Virus record (IMG/VR): IMGVR_UViG_2908492839_000003
Coordinates: 59,804 to 79,803 of that record
Direction: 5' to 3' (one strand)
Source of the DNA: an uncultured virus (IMG/VR IMGVR_UViG_2908492839_000003)
Lineage: Duplodnaviria; Heunggongvirae; Uroviricota; Caudoviricetes
Length of the DNA: 20,000 nucleotides
Position 1 is the stretch's first letter. Each line of letters begins with the position of its first letter. The position numbers and the translations under genes were made by a program. Of this stretch, positions 8,535 to 16,210 are shown piece after piece. The notes under the pieces are model-generated. The model saw only the letters and a program-made list of their open reading frames with translations, did not search any database and had not been told where the DNA came from.

Positions 8535-9071
8535 TCACTGCTTCCAGGGGCTGATTTCCAGGGTGTCGCCGTCGATCGTCGCCAGGCCGTGGCGGGCCTG
8601 GATGTCCGGCGTGATGCGCAGGTCCAGGCGGGTCAGGTGTCGGCTGACTGGGCGCACGTCGTCGAGCAGGCGCTCGAGCTCGAGCACGGTCTCCTCGTCG
8701 AGACCGTTGTCGCTGACGTCGACGGTGATTTCGAAGGTGCCGGGGACGCCGGCGGGGGTCTGTTGCCACCACTCGAGGATGTCGGTCAGCGAGCCGACGG
8801 GCTCGACCACGCGGCGCAGGGCGCTCAAGGTTCCCTTGTGGGAGTGGACGAGGTAGGCATCCCGAATGACCTGGCGCTTCACACGCTCCGGCCAGGTGCT
8901 GTCCCAGCGATCGACGGAGAACGCCCAGGCCAGGTACGGCAGAAGAGCGACCGGGCAGGTGCTGGGGTTCCACAGTTGGCGCAATGGGATCGGTACCCGC
9001 TCAATCTGCGCCAGGGCTTCGGCGGCCAGGCGCTCAAGTTCGGTGGCGTTGCGTGGGAGCAAGCTGGGCAT
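8535..9071 (-). CDS. gpI: Baseplate/tail protein I (P2 gpI)
   Basis: MPSLLPRNATELER...LWNPSTCPVALLPYLAWAFSVDRWD...HSHKGT; TGATG coupling with J (alternative GTG start at 9074). Confidence 0.93.
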   Translation of the reverse strand: MPSLLPRNATELERLAAEALAQIERVPIPLRQLWNPSTCPVALLPYLAWAFSVDRWDSTWPERVKRQVIRDAYLVHSHKGTLSALRRVVEPVGSLTDILEWWQQTPAGVPGTFEITVDVSDNGLDEETVLELERLLDDVRPVSRHLTRLDLRITPDIQARHGLATIDGDTLEISPWKQ

Positions 9072-9985
9072 CACTCATCCCCCAGCGTCAGCGTAATTCC
9101 GGTGCAGTAGGGCGCCTGGGCCGGTGTAGCGGCTATGTCCGACCAGTTGCTGAGCGTGACCTTGCGCACGCCCTCCACGTGGAGGGCCGCATGCACCGCC
9201 GATTCGGACACCTCCATCCCCAGGCGTCGACGCTGATGGACGTAGGCCGTCAAGCGGGCCCGGGCGGCATCGAGTATCGGCTCGGACTCCGGGCCGATGG
9301 TGGCCAGGTAGAGCGTCGCGTCGACACGGTACTCGAGCACCTGGGCGGACTGGACTGTGAGGCGATCGGCGACGGGGCGACGGTCGGCGTCGTTGAGGTA
9401 GGCGTCGACGATTGCCAGCAGGTCCGCCGGGGCGCTGCCGTTGCCCTGGGCGGCCTGCACCGTCACCACGACAACGGCAGGTGATGGGCTGACGGCCGAG
9501 GCATCGCCGACGCGACCGTCGGCGGCGCGGGCGTGGAAGATGTAGCTGTTACGCGGTCCCGCGGTGCTGAGGCCTTCCCAGGCCATCTGCGCCCGCTCGC
9601 GCAGGCTGTCGTCGGACTCCAGCAGTTCCGGCACGGGCGGCACCTTCGACGGATCTCCGGGCTGGATGACCAAGCGCCTGACGTTGTAGTTGGCGGCGAG
9701 CTGGTCGAGGTCGGCGCCCTGGGCGCTGGCCAGCATGTTTGCGAGAGCCGCCTCGTTGACCCGCTGGCGCCAGAGCATTTCGCGGTATGCGTTTTCCTCG
9801 AGCAGCTTGGTCAGCGGTTCGGACTCCAGGGCGAGGCGGGCGGCGATTTCCGCCTGCTGATCCTCCGGCCAGAGGCTGATGGCGTAGGCCTTGCGCTCGG
9901 CGAGTATCTGCTCGTAGTCCAGCTGCTCCACCGCGTGTGGTGGCGGCAACTGGCTGAGGTCGATGGCGACGAAGTTCGTTGTCAT
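9071..9985 (-). CDS. gpJ: Baseplate wedge protein J (P2 gpJ)
   Basis: 304 aa, IDLSQLPPP...LESEPLTKLLEENAYRE...ESDDSLRER...STAGP...RPVADRLTVQSA. Confidence 0.95.
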   Translation of the reverse strand: MTTNFVAIDLSQLPPPHAVEQLDYEQILAERKAYAISLWPEDQQAEIAARLALESEPLTKLLEENAYREMLWRQRVNEAALANMLASAQGADLDQLAANYNVRRLVIQPGDPSKVPPVPELLESDDSLRERAQMAWEGLSTAGPRNSYIFHARAADGRVGDASAVSPSPAVVVVTVQAAQGNGSAPADLLAIVDAYLNDADRRPVADRLTVQSAQVLEYRVDATLYLATIGPESEPILDAARARLTAYVHQRRRLGMEVSESAVHAALHVEGVRKVTLSNWSDIAATPAQAPYCTGITLTLGDE

Positions 9986-10326
9986 GCGCTGGCGCCCATC
10001 TGCAGGGGGATGCTCAGGTTGTGTGGCTCGTTGCTGTCCACCAGGGTGGCGTCAATCTCCATAAGCACCTGGCCGGCCAGGTTCTGGCCGGTGATCTGGA
10101 CACGGCTCAGGCGGATGCGCGGTTCCCAGCGCATGAGGGCCATGGCGGTGGCGGCATAGACCTGCAGGCGGGTGGTGTCGTTGAACGGAGCATCGATCAG
10201 CTCCGGCAACTGGCTGCCGTATTCGCGCCGCATGACGCGGCTACCGATGCGAGTGGTGAGGATGTCGGCGATTGACTGGCGGATGTGTGCCAAGCGGTCG
10301 ATGGTGCCGCCGGTATGGGCGTTCAT
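9982..10326 (-). CDS. gpW: Baseplate protein W (gpW/gp25 family)
   Basis: 114 aa, HIRQSIADILTTRIGSRVMRREYGS...RWEPRI. Confidence 0.95.
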   Translation of the reverse strand: MNAHTGGTIDRLAHIRQSIADILTTRIGSRVMRREYGSQLPELIDAPFNDTTRLQVYAATAMALMRWEPRIRLSRVQITGQNLAGQVLMEIDATLVDSNEPHNLSIPLQMGASA

Positions 10327-10895
10327 TGCGGTTTCCCCGTCGTAGCGCCGCCCGGCATGACGCCGCCGTGGGTATGACCGACCAGGCTGATGCCCTTGGC
10401 GATCACGTCGACGCTCACGGTGACCTTGCCGGTAACGGTCTGGTTGCCGGTCTGGATGTAGTCGCCTTGGTGGGTGATGTCGCCGACGATGCGGATGCCG
10501 CCGTCGCTGATGAGCTCGGTGGTACCGCCGGCGGGAAGAACTGCGCGCAGGTGGTGGGCTGCGCTGTCGTACTCGATCACCGCGCCGTCACGGTAGGTGG
10601 TGCGATGCAGGGCGTCGCGGTCGCCGTTGGGCGGGATCAGGTCACTGAACAAGCCGGTCAGGACCACGCCATTCGCGGTCTGCCCGGATGGGCTGAAGAG
10701 CAGTACCTGCTCGTTCAGGGTGGGGGCGTTCCATTCGCGGTCGGCGCCGGCCCGCGGCGATGCCCAGGGCAGCCAGCCGGTCAGCAGGTCACCGGTCAAC
10801 ACACGGACGCGCTGCGCGGCATGGTCCACAGCGGCGATGGTGCCGAGGCGGATCAGGTTCTCGATCATGCGGGAGAGGGCGGCAAAGTCGTTCAT
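10323..10895 (-). CDS. gpV: Baseplate spike protein V (P2 gpV)
   Basis: 190 aa, ENLIRLGTIAAVD...TGWLPW...YRDGAVIEYD; C-terminal HTH (HxH) metal-binding spike tip 'SLVGHTHGGV'. Confidence 0.95.
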   Translation of the reverse strand: MNDFAALSRMIENLIRLGTIAAVDHAAQRVRVLTGDLLTGWLPWASPRAGADREWNAPTLNEQVLLFSPSGQTANGVVLTGLFSDLIPPNGDRDALHRTTYRDGAVIEYDSAAHHLRAVLPAGGTTELISDGGIRIVGDITHQGDYIQTGNQTVTGKVTVSVDVIAKGISLVGHTHGGVMPGGATTGKPQ

Positions 10896-10902
10896 GCCAC
10901 CG

Positions 10903-10962
10903 ATGTTTATTATGTTTTTGTGCTGCGTGAATCTTTTAAGCCTGTACTGTGGCTGACTACAA
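10903..10962 (-). promoter_or_regulatory. Late promoter pV: activator box plus -10
   Basis: CTGTAC-N9-CTACAA at 10942-10962 (two mismatches in one arm); putative -10 AAACAT at 10908-10903, same spacing as pF, pO and pP. Confidence 0.7.
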
Positions 10963-10974
10963 ATAGTCGCTACC

Positions 10975-11703
10975 CTAGTCCGACGAGTCTGCTTGGGCGC
11001 CGCTTAAGTAATCTTCAATGGAGGCTTTGTCTGTTAAGATTTTGGAGTATTCATTGTTGTGCTTTATTTTTTCGCTAAGTTGGTTTAGCTCGTCTGCAAT
11101 ACCCTTGGTGAGAATTTCTAGATCAGGGAGTAAGACCAAGGTTGATTGGTTGTTCTGTAAGATTGTGTAAAGCTCTTTGTTGTTTTTGTCTCCTGAGTAG
11201 AATTTGTTGATAAATTCATCATCAATTATTGTGATTCCTTCTAGACCTGAATGGTGAGGCTCAAATGGTAGGGTGGCGAGATCACAATAGGCAGGGTGGT
11301 GAGTGAGGAGAAATGCTTTTGGGTGTTTGAGGAAGTTTGCCCACCGTTTTATGGTTATTGTATTTTTGAAGTCCTTGTTTTTAATATCTTGGGGGTAGGA
11401 TATTAATTTCAATACTTCATGTATATTTTCGGATAGCAAATACAGCCATAATATATAGGTTTTTTCTGCAAAAGCTTCGTCTGCTGGGTAAGATAGACTT
11501 TTGGTGCTTTTTGATAGTAAGTCTGCAGCGTCTTTGAGGTTTATAACGTTGCCGGCGAGATTGCAGGCAATGCAGTTGTGACTATCCTTGTCTGGGGATA
11601 TATCATGCAGGCTGCATATGCTGGGGTACTCGTTTGTGAATAATTCTTTTTCTATTATTTTTAATATGTTCTCAAATTTTCTGTTTGTTAGGGATTCTTT
11701 CAT
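10975..11703 (-). CDS. AT-rich accessory (moron) protein of unknown function; candidate HEPN-like/Zn-binding defence protein
   Basis: 242-aa ORF filling an AT-rich island (sampled 60-nt lines were 25-47% GC, flanks much more GC-rich) between S and V; motifs C30-x2-H33...C44-x2-C47 and R120-WANFLK-H127. The ORF is well supported; its function is inferred. Confidence 0.8.
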   Translation of the reverse strand: MKESLTNRKFENILKIIEKELFTNEYPSICSLHDISPDKDSHNCIACNLAGNVINLKDAADLLSKSTKSLSYPADEAFAEKTYILWLYLLSENIHEVLKLISYPQDIKNKDFKNTITIKRWANFLKHPKAFLLTHHPAYCDLATLPFEPHHSGLEGITIIDDEFINKFYSGDKNNKELYTILQNNQSTLVLLPDLEILTKGIADELNQLSEKIKHNNEYSKILTDKASIEDYLSGAQADSSD

Positions 11704-11736
11704 TTCGTTGTCTCGATATTAGACAGCCCGTCGAGG

Positions 11737-12207
11737 CTAAATGGGAGAGTTTGCGTCTATGTGCGCCAAAATTCCATTCTGGATCGTTTCCATATCGCTG
11801 CTATCAAAGCCAAGTAGGAGACGCTGCGCGTAGCTGACTTCGGGAGCGCCAGGCTCAGCACGGTCCCTCAGCCCGTACTGGTGAACCCGCGCGATGCGTG
11901 CGATCCGACCAGCGAAGGAAACCGTGATCGCCTGGGCGTCGCCCTTGGCGCGCAGATAGCGCACCGTGCGCAGCTTCTGGAACATCTTGATCTTGCGCCG
12001 AATACGGCCCTGCTTGCCGCGCAGTTCGCGTTTCTTGCGTGGCTCGTAGGCGCTTCCGTCGGGGTTGCGCTGTGCCATTACGCGCTTCTGCTGGCCGCGC
12101 CGTAGATCGCGGGCGAGCGAACGCGCTAGGGCAGCACGAGGGCCTGGCTCGAGGGCGCGGAGAATCGGCCCTGCCCAGTCTTCCAGAGCCTCGAGGCTGT
12201 CAGCCAT
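11737..12207 (-). CDS. gpS: Virion morphogenesis/tail completion protein S (P2 gpS)
   Basis: 156 aa from ATG 12207: MADSLEALEDW...AQRNPDGSAYEPRK...MFQKLR...RIARVHQYGL...RLLLGF. Confidence 0.92.
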   Translation of the reverse strand: MADSLEALEDWAGPILRALEPGPRAALARSLARDLRRGQQKRVMAQRNPDGSAYEPRKKRELRGKQGRIRRKIKMFQKLRTVRYLRAKGDAQAITVSFAGRIARIARVHQYGLRDRAEPGAPEVSYAQRLLLGFDSSDMETIQNGILAHIDANSPI

Positions 12208-12736
12208 TGGCCGGGCGCCTGATCTGCGGCGTCTCGAGCATGACGGCCTCGGTGGGCGTCGGCGGCGTCCACTCGGCCAGCAGCTCGCCGTTGGCGAGCA
12301 TCTGCATCGGCCCATCGACCTCGATGGCCTCGGTGAGCTGGGGCTCTTCCGGGTGACTCACATCGTAGCGGCCATCCTCGCGGCGCTTGACGACGACACG
12401 CTCGGTCAGTTGCAGGACGATACCGAGGTCGACCTTGCTGCGGTCGAGCATGTCGGCCTCGAAGGTGATGCCGTCCTGCACCTTGGTGAGGTTGGCCAGC
12501 AGATCCGACTGGTTCACCAGCAGCCAGCCGAGCAGCGGCAGAAACACGCTGTCGGGGTGCCCGGCGAAGTCGGTGAGGATCACCTGCAGGTCATAGGCGT
12601 ATTCGAAGGACAGGCTCTCGGCCGAGGTGCTGCGGACCCGGCCGTTGTCGATGAATATCACCAGGCGGTCGCCGTTGTTCCTGAGTTCCGGCACGGCGGC
12701 GAGCAGATGCGCTTTCAGGCTATCGGGCTTGTTCAT
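12200..12736 (-). CDS. gpR: Tail completion protein R (P2 gpR)
   Basis: 178 aa, MNKPDSLKAHL...LVIFIDNG...SLSFEYAY...TDFAG...LTERVVV. Confidence 0.93.
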   Translation of the reverse strand: MNKPDSLKAHLLAAVPELRNNGDRLVIFIDNGRVRSTSAESLSFEYAYDLQVILTDFAGHPDSVFLPLLGWLLVNQSDLLANLTKVQDGITFEADMLDRSKVDLGIVLQLTERVVVKRREDGRYDVSHPEEPQLTEAIEVDGPMQMLANGELLAEWTPPTPTEAVMLETPQIRRPANG

Positions 12737-12989
12737 GGGTAGCCCCTTGGGTGCGGATGATCATGTCGACCTTCGCGGCGCACTCGGCCCAGGACAGGCC
12801 GATACGCTCGACTTCAGTCTGTAGGCCGCCGTTGTCCTTCGGTGCCGCTGACTCCAGGCTGCAGGGCGTCACGGCGGGACAGCCACTGATGGTAAGCGGC
12901 CGCTCCGGTGATAGCGGGGCGCTGTTGCAGCCGGCGAGCAACATCAGGCAGAGGCTGGTCAGCCCACTGGCGATAGGATTCATCGTCAC
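12720..12989 (-). CDS. lysC: Outer-membrane spanin lipoprotein (Rz1-like LysC)
   Basis: 89 aa; lipobox LAG-C (CLMLLAGC), GCPAVTPC and WAECAAKVD motifs of P2 LysC; overlaps the 3' end of lysB in another frame. Confidence 0.85.
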   Translation of the reverse strand: MTMNPIASGLTSLCLMLLAGCNSAPLSPERPLTISGCPAVTPCSLESAAPKDNGGLQTEVERIGLSWAECAAKVDMIIRTQGATHEQAR

Positions 12990-13275
12990 GTTTCAGGTCC
13001 TCGATCAAGCGTTCGCGGATGGCCAGCGCCTGGCGCAACTGCTGCCGCTGTTGGTCCAGGTCGGCCTGGGCCTGGCGCTCGCGGGAAAGGGCGGCCTCGA
13101 GGGCCGTGATGGTGCCGGCCTGGCGGGAAAGTTGGGCGTCGCTGGCTTTCCTCGCCATCTCGGCCTGGGCCAGTCGGGCCTGCGCCAGGTCGATGCGCTG
13201 CTGCTGCACCCACAGGAGCAGGCCGAGGGCGCCGAGCAGGGCGGCGCTGTACAGCACCTGGCGCAGAAGGCTCAC
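12814..13275 (-). CDS. lysB: Inner-membrane spanin (Rz-like LysB)
   Basis: 153 aa from GTG 13275 (GTGA overlap with the endolysin stop); N-terminal TM segment (VLYSAALLGALGLLLWV), coiled coil, and WADQPLPDV motif. Confidence 0.85.
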   Translation of the reverse strand: MSLLRQVLYSAALLGALGLLLWVQQQRIDLAQARLAQAEMARKASDAQLSRQAGTITALEAALSRERQAQADLDQQRQQLRQALAIRERLIEDLKRDDESYRQWADQPLPDVARRLQQRPAITGAAAYHQWLSRRDALQPGVSGTEGQRRPTD

Positions 13276-14078
13276 GCGCTGGCCTCGGCGCAGTTGGCGT
13301 GTTGCTCGTAGGCCCGCGCGAGCTTGGTGTCGTAGAGGTTCCGCTTGTAGTCGGGGCCATTGTAGAGGCGGGCGAAGTCGGCCCATTTGCGAGCCTTCAG
13401 CGCCTTGTGTAGCGCCGGGTCGGTGTCGATGAAGCGGACGAACGCTTCGAACTGGGCTGACTCGCTGCGCCCCATGGCCTCGGCGAAGGCCTGCACGCTG
13501 ACGTAGCCCAGGCGTTGCCAGTGGAAACCCATGATCTGGAAGGCGCCCCAACTGGCCGACTCCAGGGCGGCGGTATCGTCGATCTGGCGAGCGTTCGCCA
13601 GGCGCTGGTGCTCGGCGGTTCCGCCGGCATAGCCGCCCGGGCGAGGATTCACCAGCGCGGGGAACTGTGCGGCCAACTGGTCGGCGGTGACCTGATCGTG
13701 GGCGGCGAGACGGCGGTACATGATGTGGCGTTCGAACAGGATTGCCGGCTTGCCGTTGCCCAGGAACCCCTGGCCGTTCGACTCGACCTGATTGACCGCA
13801 TAGATCGTCGCCAGCGGCAGGCCGAGGCGAGTTGCGGCGGCGACGAGGTCGGCGTTCTGCAGCAGGTGCGAGCAGTCAGCTCCGCCGAGAGCGGCCAGGG
13901 TCTTCGGGCCAGCGATGCCATCGGCGACCAGTCCATGCGAACGCTGGAAGGCACGCACTACGTCCTCGGTGGCGGCGCCGAAGTGGCCGTCCTCGTAGAG
14001 GTTGGCGCCGGCCCAGGTGTTCAGTCGACGCTGAAGCTGGAGGACCTCTTGAGAACGGTCACCATATCGAAGGGTCAT
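13272..14078 (-). CDS. Modular endolysin: peptidoglycan-binding domain plus DUF3380-type N-acetylmuramidase
   Basis: 268 aa from ATG 14078; LRYGDRSQEVLQLQRRL...DGHFG...FQRSHGLVADGIAGPKT (PG_binding_1), then VESNGQGF...ILFERH...SASWGAFQIMGFHW...FARLYNGP...YDTKL. Confidence 0.92.
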   Translation of the reverse strand: MTLRYGDRSQEVLQLQRRLNTWAGANLYEDGHFGAATEDVVRAFQRSHGLVADGIAGPKTLAALGGADCSHLLQNADLVAAATRLGLPLATIYAVNQVESNGQGFLGNGKPAILFERHIMYRRLAAHDQVTADQLAAQFPALVNPRPGGYAGGTAEHQRLANARQIDDTAALESASWGAFQIMGFHWQRLGYVSVQAFAEAMGRSESAQFEAFVRFIDTDPALHKALKARKWADFARLYNGPDYKRNLYDTKLARAYEQHANCAEASA

Positions 14079-14347
14079 GCGGATGGCCTCAGCAGGGCGG
14101 CGACGTTGCCGCGGGAACGGAAGATCAGCAGGCACAGCAGGGCGGCGACGATGGCGTGCCAGATGCTGACCGGTGGGCGGTAGAGCAGGATTTCCAGGCC
14201 GCAGATGGCCATGGATGCGCCGAGCAGGCTGGCGAGCAACGAGACGCTGCGGCGGAAGCGGGCGCCGCAGCGCTGGTAGCAGACCAGACGCAGCGCGGCA
14301 GCGATGTAGGCCAGGGCGGCGATCAACGGAACGGCAGTCATGAGCAT
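14075..14347 (-). CDS. Phage holin-like membrane protein (about 3 TM)
   Basis: 90 aa, hydrophobic; C-terminal 'RSRGNVAALLR' typical of DUF754-type phage holins; ATGA-coupled to the endolysin. Confidence 0.8.
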   Translation of the reverse strand: MLMTAVPLIAALAYIAAALRLVCYQRCGARFRRSVSLLASLLGASMAICGLEILLYRPPVSIWHAIVAALLCLLIFRSRGNVAALLRPSA

Positions 14348-14348
14348 G

Positions 14349-14702
14349 TCAGCGACCTCCTCGAATTCGGCGCCAGAGGTCGTCGAAGTCGACCTTGTCG
14401 ACCCAGGCGACCGCCTTGAGGCTGAGGGGAATGACCACCAGGGCGCAGACGAAAGCAGAGAAGGCCAGGTTGGTCAGCCAGGGCACGCGGGCGAGGGCGA
14501 CATCGGCGAACAGGTAGCCGACGCAGGTCGGCAGGATCAGCGACAGCAGGCGCGACCAGGCCTTCAGGTCCTGCTTCGTGCCGGTGGCCAGCCAGGCGCC
14601 GAGCAGGGCGCCGAACAGCATGCCGCCGTCAACCGGAAGGGTTACGCCCAGGCCGAGGCCCATGATGGCGCCGGCCGTGGCGGTGGTGGTGAGGTCAGCC
14701 AT
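14349..14702 (-). CDS. Putative holin/antiholin membrane protein
   Basis: 117 aa with several hydrophobic segments (MLFGALLGAWL) and a basic C-terminus (WRRIRGGR); AAGGA RBS; in the lysis cassette. Confidence 0.75.
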   Translation of the reverse strand: MADLTTTATAGAIMGLGLGVTLPVDGGMLFGALLGAWLATGTKQDLKAWSRLLSLILPTCVGYLFADVALARVPWLTNLAFSAFVCALVVIPLSLKAVAWVDKVDFDDLWRRIRGGR

Positions 14703-14726
14703 GCGGGGTGGTTCCTTGCAAAGTGG

Positions 14727-14939
14727 TCAGTCCCATAGGTTCACCATCTGCCGTTCCGGGGCGGCTGTCGGAATGTCCGGCATGGTGACCTTGAGGCCAG
14801 GGGGGAGGGTGGGGCCGTGGTCGGCCAGACCGTGGTTCGCCTCGAGGACCGCCTCGGTCACGCCGGCGGTGCGGCCGTAGTGCCGCCAGCACAGCGCCTC
14901 GACGGTGTCGTTCTGGTGGGCGATCGCGACGGCGGCCAT
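14727..14939 (-). CDS. gpX: Tail protein X (P2 gpX, LysM-like)
   Basis: 70 aa, AHQNDTVEALCWRHYGRTAGVTEAVLEAN.GLAD.GP.LP...VNLWD. Confidence 0.95.
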   Translation of the reverse strand: MAAVAIAHQNDTVEALCWRHYGRTAGVTEAVLEANHGLADHGPTLPPGLKVTMPDIPTAAPERQMVNLWD

Positions 14940-15400
14940 CAGATCAGCTCCACCGTTGTGCGGGGACGCTTGAGAAAGTCACGGATCGCCCAGCGCTGGT
15001 CGCGGCGGTAGTCGTCGATGGTGGTTGCGATGTCCTGGGCCTTGTCGTTGCCGTTGGTGGTGGTGTCGTACCAGCGGTAGCGCTCGGCCACTTCGGCGGC
15101 GGTAGCCGACTGCACTGCGCGCAGATACAGCTGCACCAGTTCGGAGGTGTCCCGCACCTTGTCGGACGGCACCTGGGCGAGGTCGGCATAGCCGGCCGCG
15201 ATCTTCTCAAGGCGCCAGGTCCGCAGCTCGCGGTTGACGCTGATCACCGCGGCAATGACCGCGACTTCAAGGCGCGCCGGGTCGACGCTGGAGTCGATGC
15301 GCAGGTTCGCGCGCACATGCTCGAGCTCGATGGTGGGCCAGAAGGGGTCGCTGTTGATGTGCCCGCTCGGGACCGGGCCGTTGGCGATGAATCCGCTCAT
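14939..15400 (-). CDS. gpL: Head completion/stabilisation protein (P2 gpL)
   Basis: 153 aa, SDPFWPTI...LYLRAV...ERYRWYDTT...RWAIRD...RTTVELI. Confidence 0.92.
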   Translation of the reverse strand: MSGFIANGPVPSGHINSDPFWPTIELEHVRANLRIDSSVDPARLEVAVIAAVISVNRELRTWRLEKIAAGYADLAQVPSDKVRDTSELVQLYLRAVQSATAAEVAERYRWYDTTTNGNDKAQDIATTIDDYRRDQRWAIRDFLKRPRTTVELI

Positions 15401-15503
15401 GCTGCTGCTCGCTTGAGTTCGCCGGTGGTCGGGGCGTCACTGCTCAGGAAGGAGAGGACCTGGCAGATCGGCCCCGAGCCGGCGGGGCGCGGGGTACGCT
15501 CGG

Positions 15504-16205
15504 TCAACCGCCAGAGGCGGTCAGTTTCTTCTGGAGCCGTTCGGCGGCCTCCAAATCCTTCTTCCCGCCGCACTTGTCGTGCAGCTGGATCGCGCGCTTG
15601 AGCAGATCGATGCCGGCTTGCACCTGCCCGGGTTGACCGGGGCTCTCCACAGAAAGGCCTTCCAGGGTGGCATGGCCGGCGGCGAGATAGAGCTTCGCGC
15701 GGGCTTCGTCGGGCATGTCGGCCTGGTCGGTGAGCAGGAGGGTGCGATGCAAGGTCGCAAGGTCGAAGCTGCCGCCGGTCTTCTGTGCCTTGAGCGCGGC
15801 CTCGGCGATTTCTTCGGCGATGACGCAGCCGGCGGTACGCGCGAAGCGGTCGGGCATGACCAGGTCGTGTGCGAGCACGTAGTCGGCGATGTCCAGGGCA
15901 CCGGCGTAATCGCCGGCATCGATGCGCCAGAGCATGACGGTGGTGACCACCTCGTCCTGGGCGCCCTTGCCGGCCTGCAGCACGCCGGAAATGTACGGCT
16001 GGTAGGCCGGCAGCAGCTCGACCTTGAGCGCTGCCTTGCCTTCGCCGGATTGGATGTTCTTCAGGCGGCTGCGATCCTGATACAGCTGGGCGAGCTGCAG
16101 CTCATAGGCGTTCGCGCCTTCCATGCCCTGGTGCGGGGCAGTGGCCGCCGCCTCTTGAGCGGCGGTCACGCGTAGGAAGTGCGCCTTGGCGGGACTGAAG
16201 GCCAT
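15504..16205 (-). CDS. gpM: Terminase endonuclease (small) subunit (P2 gpM)
   Basis: 233 aa from ATG 16205 (GGAG RBS): MAFSPAKAH...RLKNIQS...QDEVVTTVMLWRIDAGDY...DMPDEARAKL...CGGKKD. The 474-aa ORF in the track is over-extended into N. Confidence 0.92.
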   Translation of the reverse strand: MAFSPAKAHFLRVTAAQEAAATAPHQGMEGANAYELQLAQLYQDRSRLKNIQSGEGKAALKVELLPAYQPYISGVLQAGKGAQDEVVTTVMLWRIDAGDYAGALDIADYVLAHDLVMPDRFARTAGCVIAEEIAEAALKAQKTGGSFDLATLHRTLLLTDQADMPDEARAKLYLAAGHATLEGLSVESPGQPGQVQAGIDLLKRAIQLHDKCGGKKDLEAAERLQKKLTASGG

Positions 16206-16210
16206 GTCAT

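Noticed and set aside
11704..11810. Dedicated sigma70 promoter for the moron (TAATAT at 11721-11716, TTGATA within the end of S)
   Set aside because: No -35/-10 pair with convincing spacing; cannot be supported from sequence alone.
13276..13551. N-terminal extension of lysB (245-aa ORF) into the endolysin
   Set aside because: Alternative-frame artefact. The TM anchor begins right after GTG 13275, which is coupled to the endolysin stop.
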